Below, piece by piece: positions 28,314 to 37,815 of a stretch of 64,000 nt of DNA (position 1 is the first letter of the stretch; every line of letters begins with the position of its first letter). Source of the stretch: Spirochaetota bacterium (GTDB lineage Bacteria; Spirochaetota; Spirochaetia; Treponematales; UBA12059). The position numbers and the translations under genes were made by a program. The notes under the pieces are model-generated. The model had not been told where the DNA came from. It saw only the letters and a list, made by a program, of their open reading frames with translations, and ran no database searches. The stretch spans positions 15,191 to 79,190 of the forward strand of contig JAKQKE010000021.1 in the NCBI GenBank assembly GCA_029560805.1. Direction: 5' to 3'.

Positions 28314-29492
28314 TTACGTAGTCGTTGATCCGTATCTCTCTTCTAGTTTCGGTCGATTCGGCCTAAAACCTTCGAGATTCATGAGGAATCTGAGAGGATT
28401 TGCCCGCGCGATGTCCTGGGGCACCTTCTGGCCGTCGGTAATCCAGGCCACGGCCTTGTCGGTCTCAGCGAGCACCGAAAGCACGTTTCCGACGCGGCTC
28501 GTCTCGTCCATCTTCGTAACGACCACACCCCGATACCGGAACGGCTCGAACTGCCTGAAGATATCGAGCATGTCCTGAGTCTTGGTCGTAGCGGCCACCG
28601 CGAGGTAGACCTCGGCGGCCGGCCCGCAGGCATCGAGCACCTGCTGCATCTCGGCCAGCCGTATCGCGTCCCGGGGGCTCTTGCCTATCGTATCGACCAG
28701 AATAAGGTCATTGTCACGGTACATCGCTATGGTCTCGCGCAGGTCCTGGGCCGTCTCGACCACGGAGACCGGCACGCGCATGATCCCGGCGTACTTCTCG
28801 ATCTGCTCCACCGCCCCAATGCGGTAGCTGTCTATGGTGATCATGCGCACGGCGCCGGCCGGCAGGCCGCCAATGCCGAGGCTGTGCAGGGCCGCCAGCT
28901 TGGCGATGGTCGTCGTCTTGCCGACGCCGGTCGGGCCTACGAGCACGAGCACCCGCGGCTTGACCGGCCTCGCGGGCGCGGGGATACGTACGGTATCGCC
29001 TATCCATTCGAGGAAGGCCTCTTCGACCGCCGCGTAGTCCTCGAGTTCGCCGAGGCTGAATTCGTCCCGGGCCCTGGCCAGGAGCTCGGCGCGGTACCAG
29101 GGCGAGAAATCATTGTCGACGAGCAGGGCGTCGAGGGCGGCGAGCGTCGGATGCTCGCCGTCCTGGGCCGCGGGCCTCGCGACGCTCTCGGCGAGCGTAT
29201 CCTTGAGCGAGCGCACCTCGGAGAGTACCTCCTGGATGGCCCGCTCCTGATTGACGCGCTCGAGCAGCCTGCGCTTCTCCTCCTCGATGTCGGCCTTCTT
29301 CTTTTCGCCCTCGCGCACCGCGTCGTCCTTCAGGTAGAAGGTTATCTCGACGCCCTCGCGGGCGAACAGGCCGAGGAAGCCGCCGGATCGTACGGTACGA
29401 TGGCTCAGGACCTGGGCCGCGTCGCCGTAGCGGGCGCGGACCTTCTCCAGGACCTCCCGATGACTGGAGCCCTGCTCTACCAGGTATTGCAT
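28314..29492 (-). CDS. flhF: Flagellar SRP-type GTPase
   Basis: [42 protein letters not shown]. Confidence 0.95.
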   Translation of the reverse strand: MQYLVEQGSSHREVLEKVRARYGDAAQVLSHRTVRSGGFLGLFAREGVEITFYLKDDAVREGEKKKADIEEEKRRLLERVNQERAIQEVLSEVRSLKDTLAESVARPAAQDGEHPTLAALDALLVDNDFSPWYRAELLARARDEFSLGELEDYAAVEEAFLEWIGDTVRIPAPARPVKPRVLVLVGPTGVGKTTTIAKLAALHSLGIGGLPAGAVRMITIDSYRIGAVEQIEKYAGIMRVPVSVVETAQDLRETIAMYRDNDLILVDTIGKSPRDAIRLAEMQQVLDACGPAAEVYLAVAATTKTQDMLDIFRQFEPFRYRGVVVTKMDETSRVGNVLSVLAETDKAVAWITDGQKVPQDIARANPLRFLMNLEGFRPNRPKLEERYGSTTT

Positions 29493-29495
29493 AAT

Positions 29496-31589
29496 TTATC
29501 CTTCAACGCGTATCTCTCCGATGGCCTCTACCTGGATGTCGGCCACGATCTCCGGCACCGATAGCACGACGAGGTCGGGTATCTCCCGCTCCGTGCTCGA
29601 CTTGACGAGGGCCCTGGCCGCCTCGGAGCAGAGGATCACGGGGAAATGCCCCTGTTTCTGCACCGCGGTGACGGCGAGCGTCAAGGCCTTGATCCATTGG
29701 CGCTGGGTCGCCGGCTCCAGGGCCGACATCGCGCCGGCGGGCGTGTCCACCCGCGCGTCGATGATACGCTGCTCGAGTGAGGGCTCTATGGTCAGCACGC
29801 GCATCGTCTTGTCCTGGTCGGCGTACTGGAGGCAAATCTGGCGGCCCAGGGACTGCCTGGACTTTTCGACGAGGAAGCCCGGGTCCTTCGTGATACCTGC
29901 GTAGTCGGCGAGGGTCTCGAGTATGGCGACGAGGTTGCGTATCGATACCTGCTCGCGCAGGAGGCCCTGAAGCACCTTCTGGATCTCGCCGAGCGACAGG
30001 TGCTTCTGCGCGTCCTCAACGACCGCCGGATAGTCTTTTTTGAGGGCGTCGAGCATGCCCTGGATCTCCTGCCGCCCGAGGATATCGGCGGCGTGGCGCT
30101 TGATGATCTCGGTCAGGTGAGTCGCGACGATGCTCGGCGCGTCGACGACCGTGTAGCCCGCCCGCTCGGCCCGATCGCGCGCGTCTTCAGATATCCAGAC
30201 CGCGGGCAGCCCGAAGGCGGGGTCCTTGGTGCGCTCGCCCTGAACCTCCTCGGACACGCCGCCGGGGTTGATCGCCAGGTAGTAGCCGAGGCGTATGACG
30301 CCGCGCCCCATCTCGACGCCGCGTATCTTGAAGCAGTACTCCGACGGCTCGAGCCGCATGTTGTCGATGATGCGGATACGAGGGACGACGAGGCCCATGT
30401 CTATGGCGCTCTCCTTGCGTATCCTTGTGACGCGCTCGAGCAGCTCCGCGCCCTTGTCCTTGTCGACGAGCGGTATGAGGCCGTAGCCGAGCTCGAGGCT
30501 GATCGGGTCGAGCGGCACGACCGGCGACAGCTCCTGGGACGACTCGGGCTTCTTGGCGCCGCCCTCGGCGGCCCTCAGCTTGGCCTTGTCGGACTCGAGG
30601 ACAGCCTTCTTCGAGAGGTTCCAGGCCAGGTACGCCATAGCGGCCGCCATCGGCAGGAGTACGTACCACGGGAAGCCGGGCAGGAGCGCGAGGGCGCTCA
30701 GCACCGCCGCGCCCACCCAGTAGATCCTGGCGTTCTGCGTGAACTGAGCGGTGACCTCGGAGCCGAAGGTGCCTTGGCTATTGGCCCGCGTGACGATGAT
30801 GCCGGTGGAGACGGAGATGAGCAGCGCAGGCAGCTGGGAGACGAGCCCGTCGCCTATCGTCAGCGAGGTATAGGTGTTCAGTGCCGAGGCGAACGGCTCG
30901 CCATGGAGCACCATGCCGACGATGAAGCCGCCTATCAGGTTGATCACGCTGATGAAGATGCCGACGGTCACGTTGCCCGAGACGAACTTGCTGGCACCGT
31001 CCATCTGGCCGTAGAAGTCGACCTCGCGCTGGACGTCGTCCTTGCGGCGCCTGGCCTCTTCCTCGCTGATGGCGCCCGAGTTGTATTCTGCCTCGATGGC
31101 CATCTGCTTGACGGGCATGCCGTCCAGGGTGAAGCGGGCCGCCACCTCGGCGATACGCGTCGCGCCCTTGGTGATGACGATGGCCTGTACGGCAATGATC
31201 ACGATGAAGATGATGAAACCGACGACGAGGCCCTCGGTACCGCCGGCGCCGACGACGAAGGTGCTGAACGCCCGTACGATGCGGCCGTCGAAATCCTGGC
31301 CCTTCGTCAGGATCAGCCTGGTCGACGATATGTTGAGAGCCAAGCCGAAGATGGTCGAGACGAGCAACATGGTCGGGAAGACCGAGAAGTCGACGGCCCG
31401 GCGAGTCGACAACACGAGCAGCAGGATCATCAGCGACAGCGCCACGTTGAAGGCCATCAGCACGTCGAGGAGGACCGTCGGTACCGGGATGATGATCATC
31501 AGCACGACGGCTACCGCGGCTATCGCCACGGTATAGTCCGAGAGGTTGGTGGTGAAGGTTTCCTTGAGTACTCGCCTGTTATCCGACAT
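29496..31589 (-). CDS. flhA: Flagellar export gate protein FlhA
   Basis: EVAARFTLDGMPVKQMAI, FYGQMDGASKFVSG, FHIPEP C-terminal domain. Confidence 0.97.
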   Translation of the reverse strand: MSDNRRVLKETFTTNLSDYTVAIAAVAVVLMIIIPVPTVLLDVLMAFNVALSLMILLLVLSTRRAVDFSVFPTMLLVSTIFGLALNISSTRLILTKGQDFDGRIVRAFSTFVVGAGGTEGLVVGFIIFIVIIAVQAIVITKGATRIAEVAARFTLDGMPVKQMAIEAEYNSGAISEEEARRRKDDVQREVDFYGQMDGASKFVSGNVTVGIFISVINLIGGFIVGMVLHGEPFASALNTYTSLTIGDGLVSQLPALLISVSTGIIVTRANSQGTFGSEVTAQFTQNARIYWVGAAVLSALALLPGFPWYVLLPMAAAMAYLAWNLSKKAVLESDKAKLRAAEGGAKKPESSQELSPVVPLDPISLELGYGLIPLVDKDKGAELLERVTRIRKESAIDMGLVVPRIRIIDNMRLEPSEYCFKIRGVEMGRGVIRLGYYLAINPGGVSEEVQGERTKDPAFGLPAVWISEDARDRAERAGYTVVDAPSIVATHLTEIIKRHAADILGRQEIQGMLDALKKDYPAVVEDAQKHLSLGEIQKVLQGLLREQVSIRNLVAILETLADYAGITKDPGFLVEKSRQSLGRQICLQYADQDKTMRVLTIEPSLEQRIIDARVDTPAGAMSALEPATQRQWIKALTLAVTAVQKQGHFPVILCSEAARALVKSSTEREIPDLVVLSVPEIVADIQVEAIGEIRVEG

Positions 31590-31600
31590 GTCGCCTTCCC

Positions 31601-31629
31601 ATGCTATCCTAAAAAGCGCGTTTCAACAA
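31601..31629 (-). promoter_or_regulatory. Putative internal sigma70 promoter of flhA
   Basis: TTGTTG, 17 nt, TAGCAT, followed by GGAAGG RBS. Confidence 0.45.
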
Positions 31630-31632
31630 TGA

Positions 31633-32784
31633 TCACCTGCCCATCGCGGCGTACTTGGCGGCGACCCTCCGGTCGATCTTGGCAACGTGGGCGAGTATCT
31701 TCGAGATGGCCTCGTAGTAGGCCTCGGGGATCGCGTCCCCGACGTCGGCCTCGGCGTAGAGCGCCCGCGCGAGCGGTCTATTCTCCACGATCGGTACGCC
31801 GGCGTCCTTGGCCAGCGAGCGTATGCGGAAGGCCATCTCGTCGGCGCCCTTGGCCGTAACCGTAGGCACAGCCATCGTCATCGGGTCGAACTCGACGGCT
31901 ATGGCGAAGTGAGTCGGGTTGGTCACGACCACGTCGGCCTTCGGCACGTTGACCGCCATGTTCCTGGACATGATATCGCGCATCCTGTCCTTGAGCCTGC
32001 CCTTCACCATCGGGTCGCCCTCGAACATCTTGCGCTCCTCCTTGACCTCCTGCTTGGTCATCCTGAGGCGCTTCTTGAACTGGGCGCGCTGGAAGATGTA
32101 GTCTGGAATCGCCAGGGCCAGCATCAGGATCGCGGCCTCGATGACGATGCGTATGACGATGCCCGCCAGGTAGACGCTCGAATTCCATACCGTCGAGGAG
32201 AACAACCTCGTCAGGCGCGGTAGCTCGCCGCGTATGTTGAGGAACGCGACGACGCCTATCACGACGATCTTGAAGATCGACTTGGCCAGATTGAACAGCG
32301 CCTCGCCGGACAACAGCGTCCGCTTGAAGTACTGACCGAACTTGGGCACGACCTTCTTGAAGTCAGGTTTGAGCGGCTTGGTCGTGAACAGGAAGCCCGA
32401 CTGCAGCACGTTGCCGAACACGCCGGCGATCATCGACACGGACGCTATCGGCAGGATGAGCTTGGCGAAGTACGAGAAGAACCGGGCCGCGATGGGACCG
32501 GCCTCGGTCGTGGGGTCGATCTCTATGGACGCTTCGAGGAACCAGCGGAGCATCTCCCTGAGGTTATAGAAGATCCACGGGCCGATGATGGCGAGGGCGA
32601 CCGAGGCCAGGAGAAGCCCTATCGCGGCCACGAGGTCGGGGCTCTTCGGTACCCGGCCCTCCTCTCGCTCCTTCTTAAGGCGATACTCGGTCGGCTCCTC
32701 GGTCTTGCCCTCGTCCTCGGGAGCGAACCACTGGAGGTGTATCGCGAGGATCTCGTCGTCGGGAGCCCGGCGGCCGTCGCTCAC
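31633..32784 (-). CDS. flhB: Flagellar export switch protein FlhB
   Basis: KTEEPT, MTKQEVKEERK..EGDP, NPTH autocleavage motif. Confidence 0.96.
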   Translation of the reverse strand: MSDGRRAPDDEILAIHLQWFAPEDEGKTEEPTEYRLKKEREEGRVPKSPDLVAAIGLLLASVALAIIGPWIFYNLREMLRWFLEASIEIDPTTEAGPIAARFFSYFAKLILPIASVSMIAGVFGNVLQSGFLFTTKPLKPDFKKVVPKFGQYFKRTLLSGEALFNLAKSIFKIVVIGVVAFLNIRGELPRLTRLFSSTVWNSSVYLAGIVIRIVIEAAILMLALAIPDYIFQRAQFKKRLRMTKQEVKEERKMFEGDPMVKGRLKDRMRDIMSRNMAVNVPKADVVVTNPTHFAIAVEFDPMTMAVPTVTAKGADEMAFRIRSLAKDAGVPIVENRPLARALYAEADVGDAIPEAYYEAISKILAHVAKIDRRVAAKYAAMGR

Positions 32785-33593
32785 AGGCCGCCTCCCGGCG
32801 ATACGACGCGGCCAGCCGCGACGCCTTGCAGGATGGCAGCCACGTTCTCGAAGCCGATGTCGACGAGCGACGAGAAGGCTTCGATCATGTACGGCATCGC
32901 CACCACCATCAGGAAGAACCCGACGAGTATCGATATGGGGAAGCCCTCGGTCAGGAGGTTGATCTGGGGCGCAGCCTTGGACAGGAGACCGGTCGTCACC
33001 GAGATGAGCATCAGCGTACCGAAGATCGGGAAGGCCAGGATCAGCGCGTTCTGGAACAGCGCGCCGAGAGAGCCGACGACGTAGGCCATGAAGTCGTCGC
33101 GGCGAGCCAACAGATCGGCGGCCCGGATGGCCTGGAAGCTGCCCCTGACGCCGACGAGGAACAGTCGCTGGAAGCCGTTCGACGAGACGAATACGAACAT
33201 GGCTATCAGGTTGAGGAACTGGCCGACCACGGGTATCTCGATCTGAGCCAGGGGATCGTAGGTCTCGGAGGCGCCGAAGCCCATCTGCAGGGAGAAGAAC
33301 TGGCCGGCGGTCGTAAACGCGTTGAAGACCATAGTCAGGAAGAAGCCGATGATCACGCCTATCATCGCCTCGCCCGCGACGACGGCGACGTACGAGCCGG
33401 CGCCGACGGGCATGGCGTAGCCCGCTTCCTTGACCCAGGGGAAGACGGCCGCGGCGGCGAAGCCGGCCAGGCCGACCTTGGCTACCTGCGGTATGCCCTC
33501 GCCGGACAGCAGGGGCGCCGTCTCGACCATGGCCAGCACTCGTACGGCCACGATGAAGAACAAGTCGGCGTCGGCGACGATCGCGTTCAGCAC
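32781..33593 (-). CDS. fliR: Flagellar export protein FliR
   Basis: AGQFFSLQMGFG, GLLSKAAPQINL; hydrophobic; position in operon. Confidence 0.93.
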   Translation of the reverse strand: MLNAIVADADLFFIVAVRVLAMVETAPLLSGEGIPQVAKVGLAGFAAAAVFPWVKEAGYAMPVGAGSYVAVVAGEAMIGVIIGFFLTMVFNAFTTAGQFFSLQMGFGASETYDPLAQIEIPVVGQFLNLIAMFVFVSSNGFQRLFLVGVRGSFQAIRAADLLARRDDFMAYVVGSLGALFQNALILAFPIFGTLMLISVTTGLLSKAAPQINLLTEGFPISILVGFFLMVVAMPYMIEAFSSLVDIGFENVAAILQGVAAGRVVSPGGGL

Positions 33594-33597
33594 GCGG

Positions 33598-33867
33598 CTA
33601 GCCCGCCAGCGTCGGTATGAGGTCGAAGAGCCGCTTCGTGTACTCGGCCAGGTGCGTAAACATCCAGCCGCCGAGCAGGGCGAGCACCAGCATGATCGAC
33701 GCGATCTTGGGCACGAAGGTGAGCGTCTGCTCCTGGATGCTCGTCGTCGCCTGTAGGATGCTGACGATGAGACCGACGACGAGAGCCGTCAAGAGCACCG
33801 GCGCCGCCAACGTGACGATCTCGAGTACCGCCCCGCTCATCAGGGCCGCGGCCTGGGCGGTGTTCAT
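33598..33867 (-). CDS. fliQ: Flagellar export protein FliQ
   Basis: GLIVSILQATTSIQEQTLTFVPK. Confidence 0.96.
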   Translation of the reverse strand: MNTAQAAALMSGAVLEIVTLAAPVLLTALVVGLIVSILQATTSIQEQTLTFVPKIASIMLVLALLGGWMFTHLAEYTKRLFDLIPTLAG

Positions 33868-34775
33868 AGGGCATTCCTCATGAACGACTCGATGAGCTGC
33901 CTGGCCATCAGATTCCAGCCGTCGACGAGCACGAACAGGATCAGCTTGAACGGCGTCGATATCATGACCGGCGGTAGCATGATCATGCCCATCGACATGA
34001 GCACGGAGGCTACCACCATGTCGATGATGATGAACGGAATATAGAGGAGGATGCCTATCTTAAAGGCGATGGTCAGCTCGCTGAGGATGAAGGCCGGCAC
34101 GAGCACGTAGGTCGGCACATCGGCGAGCGACTCCGGCTTGGGCAGGCCGCGCATGCTCATGAACAGCCTGATGTTCTCTGCGTCGCCCCTCATCTGGGAG
34201 TACATGAACAGCCTGAACGGCTTCTCCGCGGCTCGGTAGGCCTCCTCGACGCCGATCTGACCATCGGCGAGGGGTTTCAGCGACTGGGTATAGACCTCGT
34301 CGAAGGTCGGCCACATGATGAACAGGGTGAGGAACAAGGCGATGCCCATCAGCACCTGCCCCGGCGGCACCTGCTGTAGCGCCAGGGCCCGCTTCACGAA
34401 GTCGAGCACGATGGACACGCGGAGGAAACTCGTCACGAGGATGATAAGGCTCGGCGCCAGGGATAGCACCGTCAGGAGCAGGAGCAGCTGCAGGCTGAAG
34501 GCGACTTCGCCGCCGGTCTCGGGTGAGCGTACGGACAGGTCGACGAAGGGCACGACCGGCAGGTTCCGCGGTATGGCCGTGGTGGCGCTAGCGGCTCCCG
34601 ACGGGAACGAGGAGGTTCCCGAGCCTGCACCCGTCGTGGCCCGCGTCGTTCCGGCGCTCGGTATGGGCACGCTCCTGGCGGTGTCGGCCGGCACGGCCGG
34701 ATAGGCCGCCGCGTCCTGGGCCCAGGCCCCGGCGGCCGATAGCAGCAGTATGAGTACGGCGATGGCTCTTCGCAC
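33864..34775 (-). CDS. fliP: Flagellar export protein FliP
   Basis: TSFLRVSIV, FILSELTIAFKIG, PFKLILFVLVDGW; signal peptide. Confidence 0.96.
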   Translation of the reverse strand: MRRAIAVLILLLSAAGAWAQDAAAYPAVPADTARSVPIPSAGTTRATTGAGSGTSSFPSGAASATTAIPRNLPVVPFVDLSVRSPETGGEVAFSLQLLLLLTVLSLAPSLIILVTSFLRVSIVLDFVKRALALQQVPPGQVLMGIALFLTLFIMWPTFDEVYTQSLKPLADGQIGVEEAYRAAEKPFRLFMYSQMRGDAENIRLFMSMRGLPKPESLADVPTYVLVPAFILSELTIAFKIGILLYIPFIIIDMVVASVLMSMGMIMLPPVMISTPFKLILFVLVDGWNLMARQLIESFMRNAL

Positions 34776-34798
34776 GCGTTCCTCCCGCCCGTCCCAGG

Positions 34799-35395
34799 CT
34801 AGAATTTCCTGAGCCGGTCGCGCTGACCGCTCAGGAAGTCGCCGGAACGCGGCGCGAACCCGGCCTTGGCGTTCTTGCGGCCGAGCATCTCCATGAGCAT
34901 CGCGCCGAAATCCTTACGAGGCGCCTGAGGCGCCTCTGCCGCCCTCAACGCCAGCGCGTCTATCAGCTCCTTATCCGCTACCTCCGCGATCAGCGATACC
35001 GAGGCATCGGTCGAGCCGACGAGCCAGGCCCGTTCGCCGAGCGCGACGACGTGGAGATTCCTTCCTACAGCGAGCGGAGTCGAGGCGAGCACGCGGAGGT
35101 ACGAGTCGGTGGCGACGCCGGGCTTGCCTGAACGCTTGATCAGTGCGTACAGTCCGTAGATGCATCCGAGGATCAGCGCCAGTACGAGGATCATGCGTAT
35201 GACGTACGGGAAGATTGGCGAGTCGGCGGGCGTTTCGGCGCCGGGTACTGCGGTGGCGTCGAAGACCAGGCTCGTCTCGTCGACGGCGGCTGCCTGGTCG
35301 GGAGACGCTCGATCGGGCGCCCCTTGCGCGAACGCGGCGACGGCCGTCAGGGCGAGCGCGAGCGATATGCACGCGATGCGGATACACCTGTCCAT
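34799..35395 (-). CDS. fliO: Flagellar export chaperone FliO/FliZ
   Basis: Signal peptide plus TM, then RVLASTPLAVGRNLHVV...WLVG pattern; directly upstream of fliP. Confidence 0.85.
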   Translation of the reverse strand: MDRCIRIACISLALALTAVAAFAQGAPDRASPDQAAAVDETSLVFDATAVPGAETPADSPIFPYVIRMILVLALILGCIYGLYALIKRSGKPGVATDSYLRVLASTPLAVGRNLHVVALGERAWLVGSTDASVSLIAEVADKELIDALALRAAEAPQAPRKDFGAMLMEMLGRKNAKAGFAPRSGDFLSGQRDRLRKF

Positions 35396-35410
35396 GTCCC
35401 CTCCGCTGGC

Positions 35411-35439
35411 ATTGTACAGCTAAGCGGGGAGAATGGCAA
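35411..35439 (-). promoter_or_regulatory. Internal sigma70 promoter of fliO-fliPQR-flhB
   Basis: TTGCCA, 17 nt, TACAAT, near-consensus. Confidence 0.65.
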
Positions 35440-35504
35440 CAAGTCTTTGAGCAATAAGGAATACCTTAGCCAGCCTAAAGGAGGGGCGAAGGCCCGGCCG
35501 GGGC

Positions 35505-36602
35505 CTAGAAACCTCGTATCACCGCTTCGTCGAGGCGCGATACCACAGCCAGGGCCAGGCGTACCGAGTTCTCGAAATCGGCGTACGAGGCGATGCCGTA
35601 GTGCGTATGGATGTAGCGGACCGGTAGCCCAATGACGATGACCGGGACGCCCGGGCCGGACAGGTGAATCGGCCCGCCGTTGGTCGCGCCGCCTGAACGG
35701 ACCGACGCCTGTACCGGAATGCCGAGCTCGGCCCCTAGGTCGAGGGCGAAGCGCTGGAAACGGGGGTTGGTGATCATCATACGGTCTATGAAACGCAACA
35801 TCGGACCGCGTTTCAGCGCCGTCTGGACCATGTAGTCGTCGGCGAAGGTATCGTCAGCGGGGCAGCCTTCGAACACGATGGCAGCCGCAGGGTTCACCGC
35901 CCGCGCGGTCACTCCGGCGCCGCGCATGCCGACCTCCTCCTGCGAGGCCAGCGCGCCGACCACCTCGACGCGTAGCGGCAGCCCGCTCGCCCGCCTCATC
36001 GTCTCGATGACGGCGGCGCAGCCGAGCCGGCAGTCGAAGGCCTTGCCCGTCATCAGGTCGCGAGCGGCGTCATACCGGAAGTCAACGTCGGGCACCACCG
36101 GCTCGCCGATCCTGACGCGGAAGACGTCCTCGGCCTCCGCCTTGCTCGTCGCCCCTATGTCGATCGCCAGGTCCTCAATGTCGAGCGGCTTGGCTTTCTC
36201 GGCCTCGGTCATGAAGTGAGGCGGCTTGGAGGCGATGACGCCGGGTATGTAGCGGCCGTCGGCGTCGCGCACGAGCACGCGGTGGGCGGGGACAGTGTTC
36301 GGTACCCAAGCGCCGAGCGGCACGAAGCGCAGCGTACCGTTCGGCTTGATGGCCTGGACCATGAAGGCCACCTCGTCGGTGTGCGCGTCGAGCATCACGA
36401 CCGGGCCGTTCTTGCCGAACCCGTCGCGGCGAAGATAGAGGTTGCGTACGCTGTCCTCGGTTACGGCGCTCGCGGGGCCAGCGGCGTCCCGGAGTACGGC
36501 CAGGACGTCGTCCTCGAAGCCCGGAGCGCCGGCCGCGTTCGACAGGCGCTCTATGAGGTTGAGCGCCGGGCGGTCGGGCGAGTCGAGCCGTCCGTCGGTC
36601 AT
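35505..36602 (-). CDS. M42-family (TET-like) metallo-aminopeptidase
   Basis: DAHTDEV, GKAFDCRLG, SQEEVG.RGA, RYIHT metal-ligand motifs. Confidence 0.9.
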   Translation of the reverse strand: MTDGRLDSPDRPALNLIERLSNAAGAPGFEDDVLAVLRDAAGPASAVTEDSVRNLYLRRDGFGKNGPVVMLDAHTDEVAFMVQAIKPNGTLRFVPLGAWVPNTVPAHRVLVRDADGRYIPGVIASKPPHFMTEAEKAKPLDIEDLAIDIGATSKAEAEDVFRVRIGEPVVPDVDFRYDAARDLMTGKAFDCRLGCAAVIETMRRASGLPLRVEVVGALASQEEVGMRGAGVTARAVNPAAAIVFEGCPADDTFADDYMVQTALKRGPMLRFIDRMMITNPRFQRFALDLGAELGIPVQASVRSGGATNGGPIHLSGPGVPVIVIGLPVRYIHTHYGIASYADFENSVRLALAVVSRLDEAVIRGF

Positions 36603-36621
36603 GGAGGTCGGGTCCCCGGGT

Positions 36622-37815
36622 TTACGACAGGTCCGCCATGCGCTCCATCGGAGAAACGATCTCCGTGACGCGCACGCCGAAGTTCTCGTCGATGACGACG
36701 ACCTCGCCCTTGGCTATCAGCTTGTGGTTGACGAGTATGTCGACCGGCTCGCCGGCCAGCTTATCGAGCTCGATGATCGTGCCCTCGCCTATGCCCAGGA
36801 TGTCCTTGATCAGCTTCTTGGTGCGCCCGAGCTCCACGGTCAGCTCCATGAAGACGTCCATGATCAGGCCGATATTGCCGGATTCCTGCCCGGGATTGCC
36901 GAGACCCAGGTTGGCGAACTGTACGGGCTGCACGTTCGGCTGGCCCATGATAGGCGATTGGTACATACCCTGTGGCGCCATCATCGGCTGCTGGTACATA
37001 GGCTGCTGGTATCCCATCTGTCCGCCCATCTGCATGCCGCCCATCGGCATCTGTCCGCCCATCTGCAGGCCGCCCATCTGCATCTGTCCGCCCATAGGCA
37101 CGCCGCCCTGACCGCCGGCCATGCCGCCCGGGGCGCTCATCTGCTGCGTGGCCTGAGGCGCCTGCATGCCCGAGGCCGCGACGATGTCCTTGACGAAGCC
37201 CATGGAGTATATCTCCCACATCCTATACGGGGATCCGTCGACGGTGAACTCGTACGAAACCCTGACGAAGTCCCCCGCAGGAAAGCGCGCAATGGCTTTC
37301 GGCCCGAAGGCGCCGTCGGCCACATCGGACTGGATGGATCGGTTGCCGGATTTCTCGGTAAAGGCGTTGATCGCGGAGCCGGTCAGGCTCGATATGCACT
37401 CGGACACGACCGAGATGGCCATGTCGTCGAGCTCGGACAGCGTCTCGTCCTGATTGGCGAGCGAGGCTATCTTGATGGACGCGTCCTTCGGGACGAGGAA
37501 GAGGTGGTCTCCGGGTATGCCGCCGACCATGTCTACCTTGATCGCGAGCACCTCGTCGGGCAACGAAGGCAGCATGCCATCCCGCGTGGTGCCGTCGACC
37601 TTAGGCGACGAGAACGAGGCGTCCTTGCCGGTCATCATCGATACGGTCTGGGCGTGGGTGTCGGCCAGGGCCGCCATGATGGCGCCGAACGCCTTCAGGT
37701 CGTTGGCCGACGCCCCGGAAGCCGCGGCCTTCGAGGACGGTGAGCCGCCCGCGCTAGGATCGAGCCCCGCCAATAGGGAATCTATCTCGTCCTGGGAGAG
37801 AGCGCCGTCACTCAT
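36622..37815 (-). CDS. fliY: C-ring switch protein FliY/FliN (CheC-like N-terminus plus SpoA domain)
   Basis: MSDGALSQDEID, QPVQFANL, DVFMELTVELGRT, KGEVVVIDENFGVR. Confidence 0.92.
   Translation of the reverse strand: MSDGALSQDEIDSLLAGLDPSAGGSPSSKAAASGASANDLKAFGAIMAALADTHAQTVSMMTGKDASFSSPKVDGTTRDGMLPSLPDEVLAIKVDMVGGIPGDHLFLVPKDASIKIASLANQDETLSELDDMAISVVSECISSLTGSAINAFTEKSGNRSIQSDVADGAFGPKAIARFPAGDFVRVSYEFTVDGSPYRMWEIYSMGFVKDIVAASGMQAPQATQQMSAPGGMAGGQGGVPMGGQMQMGGLQMGGQMPMGGMQMGGQMGYQQPMYQQPMMAPQGMYQSPIMGQPNVQPVQFANLGLGNPGQESGNIGLIMDVFMELTVELGRTKKLIKDILGIGEGTIIELDKLAGEPVDILVNHKLIAKGEVVVIDENFGVRVTEIVSPMERMADLS
36950..37145 (-). repeat. Low-complexity coding repeats in the fliY linker: (Q/P)MGG and YQQPM units
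   Basis: Repeated CCGCCCATC(TG) and CTGCTGGTA units on the plus strand. Confidence 0.8.

Noticed and set aside
30000-31859. Long antisense and alternate-frame ORFs (also 13498-14580, 22283-23941, 24277-25641, 36442-37743, 49283-50671)
   Set aside because: Stop-poor shadow frames typical of high-GC coding DNA; no motifs, and they overlap well-supported genes.
35489-35507. Hairpin after the M42 peptidase as a terminator
   Set aside because: Only a 6-bp stem and no U-tract.
36950-37145. Short repeats as a possible CRISPR or VNTR array
   Set aside because: In-frame, degenerate codon repeats in the fliY linker; no spacers and no cas genes.
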